From: Candidatus Helarchaeota archaeon
GTDB lineage: Archaea > Asgardarchaeota > Lokiarchaeia > Helarchaeales > RDOG01
Length of the DNA: 64,000 bases
Direction: 5' to 3'
Assembly: GCA_019058315.1 (NCBI GenBank)
Contig: JAHPZH010000002.1
Coordinates: 320,001-384,000, forward strand
Shown here: piece after piece, positions 46,830 to 56,413 of the stretch
Layout: each line of letters begins with the position of its first letter
How positions within the stretch are numbered: the first letter of the stretch is position 1
Notes under the pieces: model-generated
The model's database searches: none
Told to the model about the DNA's origin: nothing
Seen by the model: only the letters and a program-made list of their open reading frames with translations
Translations under genes and position numbers: made by a program

Positions 46830-48290
46830 TTACCAAGTCAACTCCTTTTCCTCTGGAAATACTTTTCCTGGGTTCATTATTTCATTTGGATCAATTAACT
46901 TCATGATCTTGTGCCAAATTTCACCGTAAGTTCCTAATTCGTTGATTATCAATTTCATAGGATTTAAGAACGGTCTGAACCAGCCATAGATATGATATTC
47001 CTTAGTAATTAATTTTTTCAAAACGGCGTAATGGAAATTCTTGACCATTTCAACAGATTTCGGGTCTGCGCTAGTATAAGGGACTTCTGCCTCATAGTAG
47101 CAAGCTTGACCCCAAAAACCCGCAATAGGGGCATTTAATAAATCGACATTTTTTGCTTCGTATCCTGCTTTCACTCCAAGTTCTTTCATCATAGGTACAT
47201 ATTTGGGATATTGATATAAAGGACCTAAGAAAGCTAAAGCATGATAAGAACCCTCTCTTAAGAACCCAAAGATGTTACGAGGATATTTAAATTCCCTTGC
47301 TTGTTCTTCTGGAAGGGGAATGGCATTTGCCTTGTTTAAAGGCGATGATGTTTTATTTATAATCTCAAGTGCTAATTCTTTTTTGGCATCAACGATTTTT
47401 TGATGCCCTTCAATTACAATTGGAATTGTCCATTCTGGAAATGATCCACGCATCGACTCTAGGTCTTTTCTTGATCTTGCAAACAATTTAATTATGGTAT
47501 ATTGTGGTAAAATCCACAAAAGTGCTGGTATTTTATTCCACATGAGTTGTGGGACGGGTTTGATAGCTTCTTCGATTGAATTAAAACCAATACCTATAAA
47601 GGCTTCTGCTTCAGGGAGTGGGTAGAGTTTAACAGTCATTTCAGTGCATATTGCCATACTACCAGGCATACTTTGAAAGAGTCCTACAAAATCTGGGCTA
47701 CATGTGAATCTAAAGTGAGGTGGTGCATTAGGAAAAGCTACGGCACCTGTCTTCAAAATTCTGCCATCTGGAAGGACGAACTCAGCAGAACAGACGTGAT
47801 CAATACCATCTCCAGCATTTGTATGATAGACACCTCTTAATAAGTAGTTTGCAAGCAATGAGCCTGTTGCAGGAGCACCGGGAATACATGGACGCATACC
47901 ATATTTCCGAACTGCGATAGCCACTTGTCCATGAGTCACTCCTGGCTGAATGGTGGCTGTCATCATATCATGATTTATTTCAAGAATCTTGTTCATTCTT
48001 CTCATATCAAGCAAAATACTTCCATCTTTAGCTGGTGTACATAATCCTCTTACGTTTACACCGCGACTTAAAGGAACTACAGGAATCTTATTTTGATTAG
48101 CGAATTTTACTATTTCTTGAATTTCTTCTGTTGAAATTGGACGTACTATGACCGCAGGACGCTTTGGTACTACAAAAGGCCAATGCTGATCTCTGCTATA
48201 AGGTATTAACACTGCTTCTTCGTCTGAAACATGTTGATCTCCGACAATTTTTACTAAATTATCAACTAAACTTGCCAAATTTATACACAA
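46830..48290 (-). CDS. FAD-binding oxidoreductase (GlcD/D-lactate dehydrogenase family)
   Basis: YSRD…P..IVRP.STEEIQ…LDMRRMNKI…QPGVT…DPNEIMNPGK. Confidence 0.88.
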   Translation of the reverse strand: MCINLASLVDNLVKIVGDQHVSDEEAVLIPYSRDQHWPFVVPKRPAVIVRPISTEEIQEIVKFANQNKIPVVPLSRGVNVRGLCTPAKDGSILLDMRRMNKILEINHDMMTATIQPGVTHGQVAIAVRKYGMRPCIPGAPATGSLLANYLLRGVYHTNAGDGIDHVCSAEFVLPDGRILKTGAVAFPNAPPHFRFTCSPDFVGLFQSMPGSMAICTEMTVKLYPLPEAEAFIGIGFNSIEEAIKPVPQLMWNKIPALLWILPQYTIIKLFARSRKDLESMRGSFPEWTIPIVIEGHQKIVDAKKELALEIINKTSSPLNKANAIPLPEEQAREFKYPRNIFGFLREGSYHALAFLGPLYQYPKYVPMMKELGVKAGYEAKNVDLLNAPIAGFWGQACYYEAEVPYTSADPKSVEMVKNFHYAVLKKLITKEYHIYGWFRPFLNPMKLIINELGTYGEIWHKIMKLIDPNEIMNPGKVFPEEKELTW

Positions 48291-48382
48291 TCCATTTTTT
48301 TATTGTATTTTTCTTTTATTTCTGAAAAAAACAGATTTTGATTATTGTTAAGTTATCCTTAGAAAATATAGATAAAAATTAA

Positions 48383-48401
48383 AATGTCGAAATTCGATAT
48401 T
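48383..48401. promoter_or_regulatory. Palindromic operator copy 1 (AATGTC-N7-GATATT)
   Basis: Lies between the divergent glcD-hdrD operon and padR; same arms and spacing as the sites at 53289 and 56261. Confidence 0.55.
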
Positions 48402-48422
48402 AATAATATAAGATACTAATGA

Positions 48423-49256
48423 GTGTTAATTATGTTTAAAAAAAAGCACAAAAGAGCACCAGTCAATAATTTTCAACTACAAATCCTAAGATTATTAAGA
48501 TATAGACCCATGTATGGGTATGAAATTTTAAATATATTCGAACAAAAAGGGTGGAGACCAAGTACAGGGACGTTATACCCTGCCTTAAAACAATTGGAAA
48601 AAAAAGAATTTATAGAATCATATAAAACTGAAGATCAAATACGTGGAGCCAACCCACGCACTAATTATAAATTAACAAAAAAAGGATTCGATTATGTCCA
48701 GACTACTTTTAATATTGATATAAGGCATCCTGAGCTCTATATTGAACCATTTATAGAATTACAGAATATGTATCTCAATGAAATATTTCGAGCCAAAGCT
48801 CTAGTGCTTGATTTTTTAAATTTCATTAATCCAGAAAATGTATTTAAAACCATGGCGGCTGGAAAAGTTCCTTCAAATATTGAATTTAAGAAAGTATACG
48901 ATTTTAACCTTGAGAATCCAAAATCTAAACTTTATGATTATATCGTATTATTTCTACCATTTTCATTTACTTTTCAAGATTTTTATAGTAATCCTGCTCG
49001 AAACCACCTAAAAGTTTTAAAAGATGTTAAATTAGCATTGAAACCAGATGGAGGCATTTTAATTATAGATATTGAATGGACTAAACATGCTCTTGTAGAT
49101 GTTTTAAGTTTTATGGCTACGGGTGAAGTAATGGAAATGGCTTACACAGAAGAACAAATAAAAACACTTTTAACAAATTCTGGATATGTTAACATTAATA
49201 TATTGAAGAAACAACGAGGAATAATAATAATATTGGCTGATAATAAATCTAATTAA
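48423..49256 (+). CDS. PadR-family transcriptional regulator with C-terminal methyltransferase-like domain
   Basis: IL.LL…PMYGYEI…PSTGTLYPALKQLE…Y.LT.KG; C-terminal YDYIV…LKPDGGILIID. Confidence 0.88.
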   Translation: MLIMFKKKHKRAPVNNFQLQILRLLRYRPMYGYEILNIFEQKGWRPSTGTLYPALKQLEKKEFIESYKTEDQIRGANPRTNYKLTKKGFDYVQTTFNIDIRHPELYIEPFIELQNMYLNEIFRAKALVLDFLNFINPENVFKTMAAGKVPSNIEFKKVYDFNLENPKSKLYDYIVLFLPFSFTFQDFYSNPARNHLKVLKDVKLALKPDGGILIIDIEWTKHALVDVLSFMATGEVMEMAYTEEQIKTLLTNSGYVNINILKKQRGIIIILADNKSN

Positions 49257-49294
49257 AAGATATTTTGAATTTCATTTACCGAGAAGATTGAAAT

Positions 49295-50677
49295 ATGTTT
49301 CAAAAAAAACAAACCATATTAAAAAAGATTCTAAAAAAAATTGGAAAGTTTTTTAAGTGGTTTGGTGTTTTTCTCATTCTTCTTTTTTCCATGTTATTGG
49401 GTATGATAATTTATTGGGTCATAAGACCAAATACTTCTGAAGTAAATTATACTCTCAGCACGGAATATTGGGTAGCAATGGGGTTGAAAATAGAAGGCCA
49501 TTCACATAACTCCAATACTGATATGATATATTGGAATGGTTCATTTTACCTAGTTCACCAAAATTCTCCTTATCATCTTACAAGTAAGCAAAGTAAATTG
49601 ATAATTTGGCGTTCTTCTGATGCGATAAGCTGGGATTTAGTTAAAATCATTTATTATCAAGAAGATATTAGAGATCCAAAGTTCGCTGTTATCGGTTCAA
49701 GACTCTATATGTATGCTCTCGTTAATTTCGGAGAGTTTATCGCGTCACCTGAAACCACTGTTTATACATATACTGAAGATGGGCAATCGTGGAAAGATTT
49801 CAAATTTATTGAGCCATACGGATGGTTATTCTGGAGGCCTAAAACCAGAGATAATAACACCTGGTACGTCCCAGCTTATTGGCGGGGACATGGAGCTTCA
49901 ATTTTATTGAATTCTACCGATGGTATGCATTGGGACTTTGTCTCACCAATATATTATGGTGAAAGAAATGATGAGACTGATATAGAATTTTTTCCAGATG
50001 GTAGAATGCTCTCAACTGGACGTTTAGAAGGTGAATCAGAATTTTTGTTTGGAGACAATAGAGGATCAACTGTCATTGCCGTTTCAAAACATCCTTATAA
50101 AAGTTGGACTTACATAAAATCCCAACTTACACGTTTAGATGGTCCTTGCCTCTTCGAATATGCAGGTAAAATTTTTGCGGTTGGGAGATATGAGACTCAA
50201 AATGATCCAGTATTTCATCAACAAGGAAGCTTTTTTAATCGAAAAAGAACGTCGTTATTCCTTGTTTCAGAAATTGGACTCGTTCACTTAGCAGATTTAC
50301 CTAGTGCAGGTGATACTTCATATGCAGGAGTTGTTATAAGGGGTGATCAAGCCTATATTTCCTATTATAGTAGCCCTATAAACCAAGATTGGCCATGGAT
50401 TCTAGGAGTAATCAGTGAAAGCGCAATTCGAATGGCAAAGATTGATCTCGATCGTTTAACATCTCTTGCGGAAATGAAACTATTGCAAGGAGTCAATAAT
50501 GATAAGAATATCGAACTTCCTTGGCAAGAATACATTGTCTTTTCCTTTATTATAATCATACAAAATTCAATTATCTATCTTCTAAAGAGATACAATCCTC
50601 TCTCTAAAAGAAAAAAGAAAATTAAACAAAAAATTACTCATATTCAAGTAATATTACTAATGGAATATATTAAATAA
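49295..50677 (+). CDS. Membrane-anchored Asp-box beta-propeller (sialidase/glycosidase-like)
   Basis: SSDAISW, TEDGQSW, STDGMHW, DIRDPK, GDTSYAG; TM at both ends. Confidence 0.75.
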   Translation: MFQKKQTILKKILKKIGKFFKWFGVFLILLFSMLLGMIIYWVIRPNTSEVNYTLSTEYWVAMGLKIEGHSHNSNTDMIYWNGSFYLVHQNSPYHLTSKQSKLIIWRSSDAISWDLVKIIYYQEDIRDPKFAVIGSRLYMYALVNFGEFIASPETTVYTYTEDGQSWKDFKFIEPYGWLFWRPKTRDNNTWYVPAYWRGHGASILLNSTDGMHWDFVSPIYYGERNDETDIEFFPDGRMLSTGRLEGESEFLFGDNRGSTVIAVSKHPYKSWTYIKSQLTRLDGPCLFEYAGKIFAVGRYETQNDPVFHQQGSFFNRKRTSLFLVSEIGLVHLADLPSAGDTSYAGVVIRGDQAYISYYSSPINQDWPWILGVISESAIRMAKIDLDRLTSLAEMKLLQGVNNDKNIELPWQEYIVFSFIIIIQNSIIYLLKRYNPLSKRKKKIKQKITHIQVILLMEYIK

Positions 50678-50693
50678 AAGAAGTCGAGACTGA

Positions 50694-50804
50694 TTATTCA
50701 AGCGAAAAAGTCACCAACTTATTTTGAGTTAAATCTAAAGAACCTCTTTTCTCAACATACCCAATTCCAGTTTTAAATAGGACTATTTTGCGTATAATTA
50801 ACAT
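50694..50804 (-). pseudogene. 36-codon fragment resembling the N-terminus of DUF4139/DUF4140-type proteins
   Basis: MLIIRKIVLFKTGIGYVEKRG then an early stop. Confidence 0.45.
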
Positions 50805-50916
50805 TCGAATCAATCTTCTTCTTAAAAAATTTATAAAATAAATCATTTTTCTATTGTTTTTCAGATGAATAAAATATATAATATACCAATAATAATAATA
50901 ATCTAGGGCGAAAATT

Positions 50917-51714
50917 ATGCAAATCAATTTCGAATATGGGGTTTTTTTCACGCTGAATAAAATAACTGGCTTTTCAATTTTTACAGATCCGTTGAATCTT
51001 TTCCAATTGCTAATATTATTGTCTGCAATGATATTTGGGATTTATGTTCTACATATTATATGGAAAGAATATAAAAGAACGAATAGTACCAATTCATTAA
51101 TCTTCTACGTTGCCGGAGTAATTATGTTAATTTCCGGTATTAGCATAACAACTGCAAAATTATGTTATGCAACGTTCGGGTGGCCTGAAATTGGAAGAAT
51201 ATTTGTTGGAATAAGCTGGGGCATAGCTATTTCAGGAATGATCTTTTATAATATATTTGCTTTACGTTCCACATTTCCAAAAAGGGTTAATGTATTAACT
51301 TCAATTATTATAGCAATATCATTTCTTTGTATATTAGTTCTGAATTATGCTATTTATATAGAACCGCCATTAGTATACACTGATCCAATTGATTTTGAAG
51401 ATCGATTCAGCTTAATAGTTTTATTGGTAATTTATTGCACTTTTATACCTGTTTCATTACTTCCTCCTTTGGTTTTTTCCTATTATTCAATAAAAATAAG
51501 AAATGAAGATAGAGCAAAAAGTAATTTGGCAATTTTCTTTGTAATAGGACTTCTTTGTATAGCTCTGGGTGTAATAAATGAGATAGGGCTTATTTATATC
51601 TTTATATTAGAAGTTATTTTCCGGTTCTTTATCTTGGCATATCCTATAGTGTTTTATTTTATCTTTGCTATGCCTGATTGGTTCAGAGAAAAACTTGGAT
51701 TAAAAAAAGAGTAA
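50917..51714 (+). CDS. Multi-pass (~7 TM) membrane protein
   Basis: About seven hydrophobic segments, C-terminal MPDWF. Confidence 0.75.
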   Translation: MQINFEYGVFFTLNKITGFSIFTDPLNLFQLLILLSAMIFGIYVLHIIWKEYKRTNSTNSLIFYVAGVIMLISGISITTAKLCYATFGWPEIGRIFVGISWGIAISGMIFYNIFALRSTFPKRVNVLTSIIIAISFLCILVLNYAIYIEPPLVYTDPIDFEDRFSLIVLLVIYCTFIPVSLLPPLVFSYYSIKIRNEDRAKSNLAIFFVIGLLCIALGVINEIGLIYIFILEVIFRFFILAYPIVFYFIFAMPDWFREKLGLKKE

Positions 51715-51892
51715 CCCTACTAAGCAGCAGAATATATCAAATTTTCTAAATTATTTTCTTATACATGACTTAGATATTCTTGATTCATTATTAGTTTTGC
51801 TAATGTCTATCATCGAATTTTCTGATATCTTTTTATTCGCTTTTTTTTTTGTTTATTAAAAAAAGGTTTAAAAATTAAAAGATGTGAACTAA

Positions 51893-53185
51893 ATGACAGA
51901 AAAGGTAGATCATTATCCTATGTGGAAAAATTTAGGTCTTGATCTTGAAAAACATGATCAATTATTAGCAATATTGCCTGATATTTACAAAAAAATTTAT
52001 ATCGAGACTCAAAAAAATCGTCCCGACATGAGTTTCTGGGACTTTGTTGTCGGAGATATACATGGAATTAGAATCAAAGAATTAAAAGAAGCAAAAGAAA
52101 AAGGTCAAAAAATTCTAGGTACATTTTGCCTTTATGTTCCAGATGAATTAATATTTGCAGTTAATGCAATTTCGGTAGGGCTTTGTGGGGGAACGAATTT
52201 CTCTAATTATGCTGCAGAAGGAATAGTTCCACCAAACCTTTGTCCATTAATAAAATCTGCCTTAGGTTTTGCTCTAGGAAATATTTGTCCCTATTTCAAT
52301 TCTCTAAACTTATTGGTTGGAGAAACAACATGTGATGGAAAGAAAAAAGCTTGGGAAGTTATGGAAAAATATTTCCCTTGTGAGTTATATGTTGTGGAAA
52401 TTCCCCAATGCAAAGACCGACCACAAGCAAGAGAGCATTGGATTGCAGAACTAAAAGCATTAGTTAAAAAGTTGGAAAATCTGACTAGTAATAAACTTAC
52501 GTTTGAGAATCTAAAAGCGGCAATGGAAAAAATAGAAAATAAAAGAAATCAAATTAGAAGAGTTTATCAAGCAAGAAAAGCCGATCCTCCTCCTATATCT
52601 GGAAAAGACGCCCTTTTAGTATCACAAGTTGCGTTCTATGATGATCCCGATAGAGAAATTCAAATGGTTGGGAAGCTTGCAGATGAATTGGAAAAGAGAA
52701 TAAGAGATGGGGTTGGTGTAGTTAAAAAAAGTACTAAAAGAATTTTGATTTCTGGAACTCCTATGGCGATACCAAACTGGAAATTACATCAAATAATAGA
52801 AACTAGTGGGGCTATTGTGGTTTGCGAAGAAACTTGCACTGGAACAAGATATTTTGACGCTAAACTGGAAATTACTGGAAAAACGTTAGAAGGATTGATC
52901 GGAAATTTGGCTGAGAGGTATTTAAATATTAATTGTGCTTGTTTCACTCCTAATGAAGCAAGAACTGAGGATATAAAAAGACTTGTAAAAGAATACAAAG
53001 CCGATGGTGTAGTTCTATATTCATTATCATTCTGTCAGCCTTATATAATCGAATCAATCGCCATTGAAAAAAAATTAAAAGAAATAGGAATCCCAACAAT
53101 CTCAATTGAAACCGATTACTCAAGCGAAGATGAGGGACAATTAAAGACCCGAATAGAAGCATTCCTAGAAATGATTAAAAAATAA
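51893..53185 (+). CDS. Double-cubane cluster protein (DCCP; 2-hydroxyacyl-CoA dehydratase family)
   Basis: MW..LGLDLEKHD, IHG.RI.EL, GTFC, LCGG, LCPLIKS, CPYF, ETTCDGKKK, EETCTG, INCACF, FCQPY. Confidence 0.88.
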   Translation: MTEKVDHYPMWKNLGLDLEKHDQLLAILPDIYKKIYIETQKNRPDMSFWDFVVGDIHGIRIKELKEAKEKGQKILGTFCLYVPDELIFAVNAISVGLCGGTNFSNYAAEGIVPPNLCPLIKSALGFALGNICPYFNSLNLLVGETTCDGKKKAWEVMEKYFPCELYVVEIPQCKDRPQAREHWIAELKALVKKLENLTSNKLTFENLKAAMEKIENKRNQIRRVYQARKADPPPISGKDALLVSQVAFYDDPDREIQMVGKLADELEKRIRDGVGVVKKSTKRILISGTPMAIPNWKLHQIIETSGAIVVCEETCTGTRYFDAKLEITGKTLEGLIGNLAERYLNINCACFTPNEARTEDIKRLVKEYKADGVVLYSLSFCQPYIIESIAIEKKLKEIGIPTISIETDYSSEDEGQLKTRIEAFLEMIKK

Positions 53186-53288
53186 AATTATTATTTTTTT
53201 TCTAATTTTTCTAATATTTCTTGTTCAGTAAAAACAAATTTATCTGGAATCTTATTTTTCTGTTTCCTATTTTTTAGATTATTGTGTT

Positions 53289-53309
53289 TTATATCTTAAT
53301 TTGACATAA
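53289..53309. promoter_or_regulatory. Palindromic operator copy 2 (TTATATC-N7-GACATAA)
   Basis: About 110 bp upstream of the first unknown paralogue. Confidence 0.6.
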
Positions 53310-53414
53310 ATTTTTAAAAATTTAGAAATAATTCAAGAATTGTTAATAATTTGAGTTATATCTAAAATTTACTAATATTTTAAAATTCTAAATTATTCAA
53401 AATCAATATTTAAG

Positions 53415-54665
53415 GTGTTTTTATTGGCTTGGCATGAAAAGGTAAAAGAAATAAAAGAAAGAAGACTTAAGGAATTGGAAGGTGTTGATATAAAAAGTAT
53501 ACTAGCCGCTGGTGATAAAGAAATTTATAATACAATCCCAGATAGTGTATTTTCCAAACCTTATCTACCTTTATGTACACAAGTTTGGAAATTTTTTAAG
53601 TATATGGATTGGCATTACTTTGATAGTATCTATGCCGATTTTGCAGAAGCATGCCTTGATGAACTAGTTTTGCGGATGGAGGAAGCAATTGAGGTCTCTA
53701 AAGCTTACTCAGAAGGTAAATTGAAAGATCCTAAGAAAACAATATGTTATTGGATTTTACCACCAGTTCTAGTTGTCAGGGCAGATTTAATACAGGGTGC
53801 GATCAGGCTTGTGTATGGAAACTCGGCTGATATAACCTTCATGGGTGTCTCAGACTTCGATAAAGAAGTTCTTTTTGGAATAAACTTTCATTTCGAAAAT
53901 GGGCTTGCAACAAACTATTGGTATATGAAACCTGGTGATGAATTTCTCGATAAACGGCATATGAAACTGGGAACTAAACTTAAAGATTTGCCAAAAGAAA
54001 TACCCGACTTTCATGAAGCAGCAGGTAAAATCCGTGATATTTTATTAGATGTAAGAAATATTCAAGATCCTAATCATGCTCAATCTGCATACAATGTATG
54101 TTTATTTTTAATGTCAGCAGGTCCAAATAATGGTGTTTTTGTAAGTAATTTCGATGAATACAGCTTCATGTGGGAGGGAATTAACAGTTATAAATTGAAT
54201 GAGGAATGTAAAACTGACATTTTAAAAGACACTATCCAATTTTATGAGCCATGGCCACCAATTTTCCTTCAGCTTACCCGTTTAAAAAGAGATCTCTGGA
54301 TAAAACGGATTTCAGGTCTTCTAATTGACAAACAACTCTATTGTCAATACGTATTGAACAAGAAACTCTTTGATATTTTACCAGTAAAAGAAGTACTTGA
54401 AAAAGATTGGGAAGAAGGTGTTCCTACTCCCGCTCAAACTATTGCCCATGAATTCTCAGATTATAAAAATTGGCGATTTGGTTATAAATTACCAGAAGGA
54501 CCTCGTATTCACTATGAAGATTTCGGTTTATCTCTTAAAGAAGCTATGGGAGGTTTTTTAACAGATATAACTTGGCAAACTGAACCACCCTTTACAAGAG
54601 ATAATTTAATTTCCATTGGTCATGGATTAAATACAAAAATTATAAAAAAGGATGAAGAGACTTAA
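53415..54665 (+). CDS. Uncharacterised soluble protein, paralogue A (probable start TTG 53424)
   Basis: Aligns end to end with 54918..56084; no family recognised. Confidence 0.85.
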   Translation: MFLLAWHEKVKEIKERRLKELEGVDIKSILAAGDKEIYNTIPDSVFSKPYLPLCTQVWKFFKYMDWHYFDSIYADFAEACLDELVLRMEEAIEVSKAYSEGKLKDPKKTICYWILPPVLVVRADLIQGAIRLVYGNSADITFMGVSDFDKEVLFGINFHFENGLATNYWYMKPGDEFLDKRHMKLGTKLKDLPKEIPDFHEAAGKIRDILLDVRNIQDPNHAQSAYNVCLFLMSAGPNNGVFVSNFDEYSFMWEGINSYKLNEECKTDILKDTIQFYEPWPPIFLQLTRLKRDLWIKRISGLLIDKQLYCQYVLNKKLFDILPVKEVLEKDWEEGVPTPAQTIAHEFSDYKNWRFGYKLPEGPRIHYEDFGLSLKEAMGGFLTDITWQTEPPFTRDNLISIGHGLNTKIIKKDEET

Positions 54666-54917
54666 TTTTTTTCAGGTATTATTCTGTAATAATCCTTCTA
54701 GCATATATCACAGAATGTAAAATTTATTAATAGAAATTATAATGATAATAAAATTCTTAGGATGAAAAAATATATTTTTTATATAGAGTTTAAATAATAA
54801 GTTTTATTAAATTCAAAAAAACACTATTTAATCAAAATAAAAAATCGAAAGCCACTCACATAAAAAATATAAATTTTAATTAGAATACATAAAAAAAATA
54901 AAAAGGAGATAGTATAA

Positions 54918-56084
54918 TTGACTCATACTTATGGAGAGATACCAGATGACGTTGTGACGAAACGTTTCGTTCCCTTGGCAGAAAATTTATATTCATTATT
55001 TCAGGAACTAGGTTGGGATTATTTCTATGAAGAATTTACAGATAAAGGCACTCAATTTTTCGAGAAAGTCCCAGATTTTTTAAGTGATAAATTTCAAAGG
55101 GCAGTAACGACAGCTAAAAAGGTTATAGACGGATCAATACCAACACCTGAGAATGTATTTACAACATTCTTCTTTCCCCCTGTGTTATATGTACGAACTG
55201 ATCTACAAATGGGCAGTACTAAACTTATCTATGGAAATTCGACTGACATTACATTTATTGTCATGAATGATATGAATTATAATTTGGAACTCTTAATAAA
55301 TGCACACATGGAGGATGGAATTCCAGTAGATTATTGGTTCATTAAAAGTGGTGACGAAGTCTTTGATAGAAGACATATGAAGCTTGGTTTTAGACTTGCA
55401 GAGATTCCTTCAAAAACAAAGGACTTTTTCAAAAGTGGGCTTCGTATATTGGATATTTTAAGAGATGTTAGAAATGAACGAAGTCCACAATGGTCCGATT
55501 CTGCATATTCCATGGCAATGAATTGGGCTGGTGGATCAACCAACATGTTCATGGAGTCATCAAGTTACAATGTACTCGGACAACTTTGGGATGGTGTAAA
55601 CGCTAAAAAGGAATATGGTATGCCCGATATGTACTTTGGATACATCCCTTACCCTCCGATATTGAAGATGCTACTATCAATGGGACGTCCAGAGTTCATG
55701 ATAAGAATTGAAGGTTTGCTAAGTCATAATCGCTTATTTATTCATGCATATGAACCTGAACACTATGAATTTATGAAATTCATCTCACCAGAAGCATTAG
55801 AATGGAGCTTTAGGAAAATGAAGGAAGAAGGTGTGCCAACTCCTAGACAGTCTTTAGGTTGCCATGTACCTAAATTAAAAGATAAAAAAACATATAAAAA
55901 TGAAGAGTTCGGATTTGTATACCCCGAAGGAACAAGAATAATGCCTTACGAATGGGGCCTAACAGATGATGAAGCATTCAGCGGAATTTATACCGATATT
56001 TCACATGAAACTCCGTCGGAACCATTTTATGGGAAGGAACATGTAGTCAATATAGGCGTCGGTAAAGACGTGAGACCAATTTAA
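54918..56084 (+). CDS. Uncharacterised soluble protein, paralogue B
   Basis: Shares PPVL.VR.DL..G…L.YGNS.DITF, YW…GDE..D.RHMKLG and EEGVPTP.Q with paralogue A. Confidence 0.85.
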   Translation: MTHTYGEIPDDVVTKRFVPLAENLYSLFQELGWDYFYEEFTDKGTQFFEKVPDFLSDKFQRAVTTAKKVIDGSIPTPENVFTTFFFPPVLYVRTDLQMGSTKLIYGNSTDITFIVMNDMNYNLELLINAHMEDGIPVDYWFIKSGDEVFDRRHMKLGFRLAEIPSKTKDFFKSGLRILDILRDVRNERSPQWSDSAYSMAMNWAGGSTNMFMESSSYNVLGQLWDGVNAKKEYGMPDMYFGYIPYPPILKMLLSMGRPEFMIRIEGLLSHNRLFIHAYEPEHYEFMKFISPEALEWSFRKMKEEGVPTPRQSLGCHVPKLKDKKTYKNEEFGFVYPEGTRIMPYEWGLTDDEAFSGIYTDISHETPSEPFYGKEHVVNIGVGKDVRPI

Positions 56085-56260
56085 TTAATTCTATATTTTA
56101 ACAACCAATATTTTTTCTTTTAATTATTTAATTCCTTGGAAGAGGACTTAGTATTTCTTTATTAGGAAAAAGATCTTTTTATTTACTTATCTATTTATTA
56201 AAAAATTTAATAAAATAATAGCTATTTTCTCTTGTCCTAGTTTTTTATCATTTATTTTTA

Positions 56261-56281
56261 TTATGTCTATATTTGACATAA
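56261..56281. promoter_or_regulatory. Palindromic operator copy 3 (perfect TTATGTC-N7-GACATAA)
   Basis: About 130 bp upstream of mcrA. Confidence 0.65.
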
Positions 56282-56413
56282 ACATTTTTGAAAAAAAAAT
56301 CGTCTAAAGATTAACCAAGATTTAGTTTAATAGTCGGAATTTTCATTTATTATTGTTAAAAAATAATGAAGTTAGAGCAATTTATCTAATTTAAATAATT
56401 TTAAGGCGATTGT

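Noticed and set aside
56261-56281. mcrA palindrome as a ModE box
   Set aside because: Its TTATGT/ACATAA arms are 9 bp apart, versus 8 in ModE boxes and in the 28148 site, and the flanking CG is missing
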